A stretch of 52,217 nucleotides of DNA from an uncultured Erysipelotrichaceae bacterium. Lineage in GTDB: Bacteria; Bacillota_I; Bacilli_A; RFN20; CAG-826. Positions within the stretch are counted from its first letter, which is position 1, and each line of letters begins with the position of its first letter. Of the stretch, positions 18,361 to 26,832 are shown one piece after another. Under the pieces are notes generated by a model that saw only the letters and a program-made list of their open reading frames with translations, did no database searches and was not told the DNA's origin. Made by a program: the position numbers and the translations under genes. The stretch spans positions 1-52,217 of the forward strand of contig CACWSI010000007.1 in assembly GCA_902763555.1 (NCBI GenBank). The letters run 5' to 3'.

Positions 18361-21300
18361 ATGAGAAAAAAAGTATTGTTTCCTGCTCTATTGTTAGGCT
18401 TAACAGCACCTTTATGTTTTTCACAACAATTTAGTGGCGTGTCCGCTGAATTCATTGGTGATTATTCAAAGAGTGCTGAAAAAAGCGACTATATTAAAGC
18501 GGGTTCAGCATTGAATGAACAAATCTGTGATGAAGGTTTGCCAAGGCCAAAAAGTATCATTAGTTGGTAAGAGTTCAGGCAACCTTGTTAGAGGCGGTGG
18601 TGGTTCCGGTTCAGGCTCCGTCAATGGTGAAGAAAACTGGCAACTAGTCCGCGATTCTGGTGGCAATGAAACCATTAAAGGTTCTCTTGAAGAAGTTGGC
18701 TTTGAAGTCAATAAGGACATCCAAGCATTCTACGGCAAATGGTCAAGTGGTGGTTGGGGTGGCTTATCTTACTCCAATGACTCTAGATCCGGAAGTGGTA
18801 GAACAAATGGTAATGATGGTTGGAAAGGTAACTCTGAAGTTACTATTGGTGAAACACCAATCTCTAGTTATTCCGCTGAATTATTAGCGACACTTGATGA
18901 ATATAATGATGCCGCTATTCAAGTCATTTCCCGTGAAGGTAGTGAAGGTTGTGACGTTAAAACATGTAACGCTCACGATAGTAAGAAAACAAATTCCAGC
19001 GCGGAAAAAGTTAGTGATAGACACGCTCTTCAATTATCTGAAAACGAAGAAGCGTTATTCGAAGAACTTAAAAAGCACACCGATAACATCATTATTGTTG
19101 TCAACTCTGGTAACATCTTCCAATGTGACAAATTTGAAAATGATGATGCTGTTAAAGCCATCCTTTGGATTGGTAATCCAGGCGCTGTTGGTGCTAAATC
19201 AGTTGGTAAGATTTTAACAGGTCAAGTCAACCCATCAGGTCGTACAGTCGATACATGGGCTCGTGATTTCACTAAAGACCCAACATTCCAAAACTTCTCT
19301 GATAACTCACAAACAAACGAAGTAGTGTCCACAAACGGCAAGACATATTATGCTCCACAAGATACATTATTTGCCGCTGATGGTGCGCCAATGCTTAGTT
19401 ATGGTACTGATAAGAACTATAAAGAGCATAGTGCGCCAAGATGGGATACCGCTCGTGGTGGTGAAGAATTCAAAGTCGTCTCGGGTGGTTTAAACGGTGT
19501 TAAACCTGCTTCCTATTTAGCGTATGAAGAAGGTATCTACGTTGACTATCGTTATTACGAAACAAGATACGCTGATATGGCTAAAGGTAATAAAGGCGAA
19601 GCCGATACTTGGTATGGTGGCGAAGAAGGTGTCATCTATCCATTCGGTTATGGCTTAAGCTATACCTCATTTAAACAAGAAATCGTTTCCTCAAATGTTA
19701 AAGGAAAAACACTTAAAGATGGTATCTATGATATCGAAGTGAAAGTTAAAGTTAAAAACACTGGTAATGTCGCTGGTAAAGATGTTGTCCAATTGTATTG
19801 GAAAGCGCCATATACCAAAGGCGGTATTGAAAAAGCTGATCGTGTTTTATGTGCTTTCGCTAAAACAAAATTATTAAATAAAGGCGAATCAGAAACATTA
19901 ACACTTAAGATTAATACTCAAGATTTCGCTAACTATGACTTTGCTGATAAAAACGGTAATGGCTTCAAGGGTTATGAACTTGAGGGCGGTGATTATTACA
20001 TCACTCTCAACCAAAACGCTCATGAAGAATTAGGCTCCGTTAAATTCTCCGTGGCCAAAGAAGGTATTAAATACGATAAAGACCGTTATACTGGCCATGA
20101 AGTTAAAAACAGATTCACCGATAGAGGCTTCTATGACTGCTTACCAGGTGAAAATGATTTCGACTTCGAACAATATTCTCGTGAAGATATGGCTAACGTT
20201 CCAACTCATCCAACATATGAAGATAGAACAGTTAAAGCCGGTAGCCGTTATGAAGAATACTTAACTCATGAATTCAGAATGGAAGACTTAGAAAATGAAA
20301 ATAAAGGTCTCTACATTCCTGAAGAAGTCAATAAAACTAAAGCCGATATTGAAGCTTTAGGTTGGACACAACCTGCTACCGCTCCAAGTCAAGCAGATAG
20401 TATTCAATTCCAAGATTTAGTCGGTCTTGATATCAATGATCCACTTTGGGAACAAGCGATGAATCAAATGACATATAACGAAATGATTGGCTTCTCCTAT
20501 GGTGGTGGTCAACATAACCAAGCTATCAGTAGAATGGGTAAACCAGCTACTGGTGATAGTGACGGTCCTTCCCAATTCCAAATCATTTGGTGGGCAGGCG
20601 CTCCAATCGTTGCCGCAACATACAACGTTGATTTAGCTAAGAGACAAGGTGAAATGGTCGGTATGGAAGCCCATATTAATGGTACATATGGTTGGGCTGG
20701 TCCAGCGGTCAACTTACACCGTTCTCCATTCGGTGGTAGAAACTTCGAATATTATTCAGCCGATCCATTCTTAATGGGCAAAATCGCTGGTAGAGTCGTT
20801 GCTGGTGCTACTGATTTAGGCTTATATTGCTTCTTCAAACACTTCGCCGTTAACGATCAAGAAAAGAACCGTGAAGGTGTTTCCGCATTCTTAACAGAAC
20901 AAGCTTTACGTGAAATTTACCTCAAACCATTCCAAATTGTTGTCCAAGAAGGTAAATCCATGGCTATCATGTCTTCCTATAACCGTTTAGGTTTAATGGA
21001 AACCGCCGCTTCTTATCCATTATTAACAGAAGTCTTACGTGATGAATGGGGCTTCAAAGGTCACATCATTTCCGATATGACCCATAGTGGCAATAGTAGT
21101 GTTAACAATTACTGCTATGAAAACATCAATGACCGTATCTTAGCGGGTTGTAACCAACAATTAGATAGTAACGGTTTCAGAGACGATATCGAATGCAAAT
21201 GGGATAGCAGTGCTTTTGATGGTAAAGGCGCTCCAGTCTTCACAAAGAAAGATGGCACAAAAGTTGAATCCTATACCTGGTGGTATATGCTCAGAAAGAA

Positions 21301-21817
21301 CGTTAAGGAAACAATGTGGACATGTGCTAACTCTGGTGTTATGTCTAAAGTTTGTGTTAAAGAAGCACACTTAACATTCAAAGATGTCGTTAACAATCGT
21401 TATGAAGGCGCTGTTGGTGCTAATATCAACATCAAAGTCGAATTACCAAACGAACTAAAAGCGGGTGGTCAATACAATGAAAAGACCATTAACTCCGTTG
21501 AAATGGTCATCGATCCAGTCACTCCATTACCAGCGGGCTTATCATTCGATGGTAACACAATCTCTGGCACACCAGAACGCAGTTCTAACTGGTTCATCCG
21601 TGTCTTGGTTAAGTTATCACTTGATGGTGATGATGAACCAACAACATTAGGTTCAAGCTTAGAACTCTTTGTTCCAGAAATTCAATCAAAAGATCTTCCA
21701 AACAAGAAAGCTGGTTGCTTCGGCTCATTAGAAGCCACTATGGTGAGCGTTATGGCCTTTGCAATCGCTGGTGTTGCTCTACTCTTAGTCACTAAGAAAA
21801 GAAGAGAAAACGCCTAA
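18361..21817 (+). pseudogene. Frameshifted, domain-permuted GH3 beta-glycosidase: signal-peptide fragment 18361-18570 plus body in the +1 frame to 21817, with C-terminal Ig-like domain and TM anchor
   Basis: The N-terminal ORF aligns to the first ~60 aa of the paralog at 22093; similarity resumes in another frame at 18542; the VLLKN motif is missing; body has YEEGIYVDYRY, YPFGYGLSY, KHFAVNDQE and nucleophile region ISDM. Confidence 0.8.
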
Positions 21818-21835
21818 TTGTTAAATTAAACAATT

Positions 21836-21862
21836 AAGACCCTCAAAGCGAGGGTCTTTTTT
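21836..21862 (+). terminator. Intrinsic terminator after the first GH3 gene
   Basis: AAGACCCTC/GAGGGTCTT stem plus U-tract. Confidence 0.9.
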
Positions 21863-22092
21863 GTTGAAAAAATATTGATAAAATCTTAATAAATTTAATT
21901 TCTAAAAGAATACCTAATCAAATAATAGTCCTGCCTGCATATAATAATTGTCATATAAAAAATAGGCCCTTCAATTTATATTGAATATACTAATGCATTA
22001 TGGATTCTAGAAAATAATGATTTAAAAATCCGGTTTTGCACTCGCATTGAGGCAAAATTAATAATGCAAATTTACTTTGAAAGGAAAAACAT

Positions 22093-25000
22093 ATGAAGAA
22101 AAAAGTTTTAATCCCAGTTTTTCTTGCCGCGATTGCTTTGCCTGTGTGTTTGAACAAAGGTGCTTCTTCTGTTAACGCTGATTATATTGGCGAATTTGGT
22201 GTTGGCCAAAGTAAAGACAGAACAGCATATATTGAACACGCTTCAGCAGTTCAAGATCAATTAGCGGAAGAAGGTTTCGTCTTACTCAAAAACAAAGACA
22301 ACTACCTCCCAAGAGATACTCAAGGCATGAAAGTCAGCCTTGCCGGTAAGAGCTCAGTTAACCTCGCAAGAGGTGGTGCTGGTTCCGGTTCTGGTTCCGT
22401 TTCTAACGGTGTTGCTGATTACCAATTAATGGAAAGTGCTGAAGGTCACGTCAAAGGTGCTCTTACTGAAGTAGGCATGGAACTTAACCAAACACTCATC
22501 GATTTCTATGGAACATGGACCTACAACTCACAAAGAGATACTGTTTCATTCAGCAACAACAGCAAGTCTGGTTCTGGTAGAAGCAATGGTAACGATGGTT
22601 GGAAAGGTAATTCCGAAGTCGTTATCGGTGAAACACCATTATCTAGTTATTCCGCTGAATTATTAGCGACACTTGATGAATACAATGATGCCGCTATCCA
22701 AGTCATCACTCGTGAAGGTTCCGAAGGTTGTGACGTTAAAACATGTAACGCTCACGATACCAAGAAGACAAACTCCAGTGCTGAAAAAGTTTCTGATAGA
22801 CACGCTCTTCAATTATCCGAAAACGAAGAAGCCTTATTAGAAGAATTAGGCAAACACACCGACAACATTATTGTCCTTATTAACTCCAGTAACATCTTCG
22901 AATGTGAACAATTAGAAAATAATGACAAAGTCAAAGCCATCATTTGGGTTGGTAACCCAGGTGACCGTGGTATCCGTGCTGTTGGTCGTATTATCAATGG
23001 TCAAGTCAACCCATCTGGTCGTACAGTCGATACATGGGCACGTGACTTCAGAGAAGATCCAACATTCCAAAACTTCTCCGATAACTCCCAAACAAACGAA
23101 GTTACATTATCCAATGGTAAAACATACTATGCTCCACAAGACACAATGTTTGCCGCTGATGGTGCTCCAATGCTCAGTTATGGTACTGATAAGAACTATA
23201 AACAACACAGCGCACCAAGATGGGACACCGCTCGTGGTGGTGAAGAAGCAAAAGTCGTCTCTGGTGGTATCAATGGTGTTAAACCAGCCGCTTACGTTTC
23301 CTACGAAGAAGGCATTTATGTCGACTATCGTTACTATGAAACAAAATATGCCGATATGGCAAAAGCTGATAAAGCAGCCGCCGATACATGGTATAACGGT
23401 AACAAAGGTGTTCTCTATCCATTCGGTTATGGCTTAAGCTATACATCATTCGAACAAAAGATTGTTAAAACAAATATTAAGAAAGGTGGCACTGTTGGTG
23501 AAAACAATAAAGTCGTCGCCTTAACAGTCGAAGTTAAGAATACTGGTAGCATCGCTGGTAAAGAAGCTGTCCAATTATACTTCAAAGCTCCTTATACCGC
23601 TGGTGGTATCGAAAAAGCCGATCACGTCTTATGTGCATTCGGTAAAACTGGTCTCATTCAACCAGGCAAAACAGAAAAAGTCGAATTATCATTCTACTTA
23701 CAAGATGTTGCTAACTACGACTTCACAGATGCTAACAAGAATGGTTTCGCTGGTTATGAATTAGAAAAAGGTGATTATGAACTCTTACTCGCTAAGAACG
23801 CTCATGAAAACTTTGAATCATTCAACTTCAAGATTGCCAGCGACATTAAATATGAAAACGATCGTTTCTCTGGCAACAAAGTTGAAAACCGTTTCACAAA
23901 CAATGGTTTCTATGATTCCATGCCAGGTGAAAATGATATCGAATTCACACAAATGAGCCGTGCTGACTTTGATGGCACATTCCCAACTCACCCAACATTT
24001 GAAGATAGAACAGTTAAGGCTAACAGCCGCTTCGAAGAATTCTTAACATATAAGTTCTCATTAGAAGATTTCGAAAACGGTAATAACGAATACATTCCAG
24101 CCGCTGCTCGTAAAGATGCTTCTGTTGCCGCTAACTGGGAACAAGGTTCCAAAGCTACAAGTCACAAGATTAAAGAATTACTCGATGTCCCACTAGATGA
24201 TCCAATTTGGGAAGAAGTCGTTAACCAAATGTCTTGGAACGATATGCTCAAGATTGTTGAAACTAACCAAATGTCCTCTAAACAAATTGATAGCGTTGGT
24301 AAAGGTGGCTTCTCTGAAGGTGACGGTCCACAAAAATTCAACATTATGTGGTGGGTCTCTTCTCCAATCATCGCCGCTACATTCAACCAAGATTTAGCTC
24401 ATAAACAAGGTGAATGCGTCGGTATGGAATCCCATATCTCTGGTAAATCCGGTTGGTGGGGTCCAGCTGTTAATACTCACCGTTCTCCATTCGGTGGTAG
24501 AAACTTCGAATACTATGCCGCTGACCCATTCTTAATGGGCCGTATGGCTGCTCAAGTCGTCGGTGCCGCTACAGATAGAGGCGTCTACGCTTACTTCAAA
24601 CACTTTGCTGTCAACGATCAAGAAAAGAACCGTGAATCTGGTATCTCCTTCTTAACAGAACAAGCATTACGTGAAATTTACTTAAAGTCCTTCCAAATGG
24701 TCTTTGAAGAAGGCAAATCAATCGGTGTCATGGGTTCCTACAACCGTATGGGCTTAATGGAAACCGCTGCTAACTACAACTTATTAACAGAAGTTCTCCG
24801 TGGTGAATGGGGCTTCAAGGGTTCTGTCTTATCCGATATGACCCACAGTGGTAATGGTAGTGTTGATAACGATTGCTACGAATGTGTTACAAACCGTGTC
24901 TTAGCTGGCTGTAACGCTCAATTAGACTCTGGTGGCTTCTCTGGTCACTCCCAAGCTAAATGGGATAGCACATTAAAAGCCCCTGTTTATACAAACAAAG

Positions 25001-25485
25001 CCGGTGAAAAAGTTATTTCTTACTCCTACTGGTATGCTGTCAGACAATGTTCCAAAGAACACTTATACATGTCTGCTAACTGTACAGCCACAAATAGAGT
25101 AATGGTTCCAGTCGTTGGCGAAGAATATAAGACTGTTGAAGCTCGTAAAGACTTCTCTTATAACGTCGAAATCGAAGGCGCTGCTGAAATCAAACTCAAT
25201 CACCGCGTCAATACACCAGAAGGTCTCACCATTGAAGGTGGTAGAATCACTGGTAAAGTCGCCCTCGAAGGTGTCTATCACTTAGACTTCGTTGGCTATG
25301 ACGCTGATGGTAAAGCTGTTGGCGCATTCAAATTAATCCTCACCGCCGCTACAGGCGATGGTGGTGCCGCTGCTAAGAAAGGCTGCTTCGGCGATATCGC
25401 TGCTTGCAGTGCAATCATTAGCTTAGTCGCAATTGCTGGTGCAGGTTTATTACTTGTCTCCTTACGCAAAAAAAGAAGAGCATAA
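22093..25485 (+). CDS. Secreted, C-terminally anchored domain-permuted GH3 beta-glycosidase
   Basis: Signal peptide ending VNA; EEGFVLLKN, YPFGYGLSY, Fn3-like segment, then TIM-barrel motifs GRNFEYY, KHFAVNDQE, SYNR and VLSDM; Ig-like segment; KKGCFG-TM-RKKRRA tail. Confidence 0.93.
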   Translation: MKKKVLIPVFLAAIALPVCLNKGASSVNADYIGEFGVGQSKDRTAYIEHASAVQDQLAEEGFVLLKNKDNYLPRDTQGMKVSLAGKSSVNLARGGAGSGSGSVSNGVADYQLMESAEGHVKGALTEVGMELNQTLIDFYGTWTYNSQRDTVSFSNNSKSGSGRSNGNDGWKGNSEVVIGETPLSSYSAELLATLDEYNDAAIQVITREGSEGCDVKTCNAHDTKKTNSSAEKVSDRHALQLSENEEALLEELGKHTDNIIVLINSSNIFECEQLENNDKVKAIIWVGNPGDRGIRAVGRIINGQVNPSGRTVDTWARDFREDPTFQNFSDNSQTNEVTLSNGKTYYAPQDTMFAADGAPMLSYGTDKNYKQHSAPRWDTARGGEEAKVVSGGINGVKPAAYVSYEEGIYVDYRYYETKYADMAKADKAAADTWYNGNKGVLYPFGYGLSYTSFEQKIVKTNIKKGGTVGENNKVVALTVEVKNTGSIAGKEAVQLYFKAPYTAGGIEKADHVLCAFGKTGLIQPGKTEKVELSFYLQDVANYDFTDANKNGFAGYELEKGDYELLLAKNAHENFESFNFKIASDIKYENDRFSGNKVENRFTNNGFYDSMPGENDIEFTQMSRADFDGTFPTHPTFEDRTVKANSRFEEFLTYKFSLEDFENGNNEYIPAAARKDASVAANWEQGSKATSHKIKELLDVPLDDPIWEEVVNQMSWNDMLKIVETNQMSSKQIDSVGKGGFSEGDGPQKFNIMWWVSSPIIAATFNQDLAHKQGECVGMESHISGKSGWWGPAVNTHRSPFGGRNFEYYAADPFLMGRMAAQVVGAATDRGVYAYFKHFAVNDQEKNRESGISFLTEQALREIYLKSFQMVFEEGKSIGVMGSYNRMGLMETAANYNLLTEVLRGEWGFKGSVLSDMTHSGNGSVDNDCYECVTNRVLAGCNAQLDSGGFSGHSQAKWDSTLKAPVYTNKAGEKVISYSYWYAVRQCSKEHLYMSANCTATNRVMVPVVGEEYKTVEARKDFSYNVEIEGAAEIKLNHRVNTPEGLTIEGGRITGKVALEGVYHLDFVGYDADGKAVGAFKLILTAATGDGGAAAKKGCFGDIAACSAIISLVAIAGAGLLLVSLRKKRRA

Positions 25486-25516
25486 CTCTTAAAATAAGCT
25501 CTAACTAAAAAGCATG

Positions 25517-25545
25517 ACTGCTAGGGCCCGCGTGGTCCTAGCAGT
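25517..25545 (+). terminator. Strong 12-bp stem-loop after the second GH3 gene (weak U-tract; terminator or stabiliser)
   Basis: ACTGCTAGGGCC-CGCGT-GGTCCTAGCAGT. Confidence 0.65.
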
Positions 25546-25733
25546 TTAATGCATATTAATGCATATACATTACACGCACATAGTGGTATGCTATAAATAC
25601 TAATTAAAATCGTTAATAAAGCATCATCTTAAATCGTTCCGTATTAAGATGGCGCTTGATTATATACCCCTAGAAAGGAGAACGTTATTTGGTAGTGAAT
25701 CCTAGGGTTAACCGAATAACAAACTATTAATTT

Positions 25734-26810
25734 ATGAAAAATAAAACACTCTTTATTGGTTTAGCAATTGCTACTCTCACACTCGCTGGTTGCGGTGGTG
25801 GCAATTCAAAATCTAACGCACCAAAATCTTCATCTTCAGCCGAACCTGTTAAAACATATGAAGTGAAGATTGATGATGGTAACGAAGTCAAAACAGAACA
25901 AATTGAACTCGGCGCTAAGATTACAAAACCAGCCGATCCAGCCGCTCCTGCAGGTCAAGCCTTCTATGGTTGGATGAATGTTAAAAACGGTGGTCAAATT
26001 TGGAACTTCGAAGACGATACCCTCGGTGCCGTCATGACCGATGTCGAATTAAAACCATTATTCGTTCCAGCTGGCCAAAGCGCTCAAGTATTTGAAGCTG
26101 AACTTTGCCCAGATGTTTCTGAAAAGATCGGTAAAGATGGCACTCCAGGTATGGATGGTGTTACCTATTCCGGTGGTCAAAAAGGCTTAGGCTTAATCGG
26201 TAGAGACTATTATGAAGAAGATGGTTCTCATAACGAATTTGACGCTTCCGGTCTTTATGTCAGAAATACTGAAGGTGTTGGCCGTTATGCTACTCAAGAA
26301 GATTTAGCTAACCCAGATATCGCTCCATCAGTCTTTGGTGGTTTCGTTCACTATAACTACGAAAAAGGCAATACATTAACATGGGAACTCGAAAGTGATG
26401 TCGCCGCTGAAAACGTCACCATCTTTATGAGAGTTTCTGGTGAATATGGTCTTCCTGAACCTGACCAAATTTTCGAAGGTCAAGGTGAAGATAGAGTTTA
26501 TGAAGTTTATGATGATGAATCATTCCCAGTCACTGTGAATGGTGAACCACTCAAATATGGTACACAAGTCATCCATAACATCATTCCAAAGACATTCATC
26601 ACTTTCCAAGATTTCTTCTTAGGTGCAACTGTCAACTTAGTGGCCGGTAAGAACACCATTCAAATGAAAGTTGATAACAAAGATTCCATTAACGGCACAA
26701 TCGCTTCAACAGCACCAGTTGTTGACTGCATTAAAGTCTACTCTTCAAGTCAAATCACATGGCCAAACGCTAAGATTTCTCAAACAGATAAGAGTAGTGC
26801 ACAAAACTAA
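25734..26810 (+). CDS. Lipoprotein with an InlB B-repeat-like domain and a CBM6/35-like beta-sandwich
   Basis: Lipobox LAG-C20; ITKPADP....AFYGW resembles the B-repeat; FEAE...NLVAGKNTIQMKV...APVVDCIKV resembles CBM6/35-type modules. Confidence 0.72.
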   Translation: MKNKTLFIGLAIATLTLAGCGGGNSKSNAPKSSSSAEPVKTYEVKIDDGNEVKTEQIELGAKITKPADPAAPAGQAFYGWMNVKNGGQIWNFEDDTLGAVMTDVELKPLFVPAGQSAQVFEAELCPDVSEKIGKDGTPGMDGVTYSGGQKGLGLIGRDYYEEDGSHNEFDASGLYVRNTEGVGRYATQEDLANPDIAPSVFGGFVHYNYEKGNTLTWELESDVAAENVTIFMRVSGEYGLPEPDQIFEGQGEDRVYEVYDDESFPVTVNGEPLKYGTQVIHNIIPKTFITFQDFFLGATVNLVAGKNTIQMKVDNKDSINGTIASTAPVVDCIKVYSSSQITWPNAKISQTDKSSAQN

Positions 26811-26832
26811 TTTTTTATAAAAGGTAAATATT

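Noticed and set aside
18538-18545. Programmed ribosomal frameshift in the first GH3 gene
   Set aside because: No slippery heptamer at the junction, and a conserved motif is physically missing, so shifting frame would not give an intact enzyme.
21975-22000. Short palindromes TTCAAT-N4-ATTGAA and TAATGCATTA upstream of the second GH3 (TAATGCAT also near 25547-25565) as a shared operator
   Set aside because: Short and AT-rich, and not found upstream of the first GH3; insufficient support.
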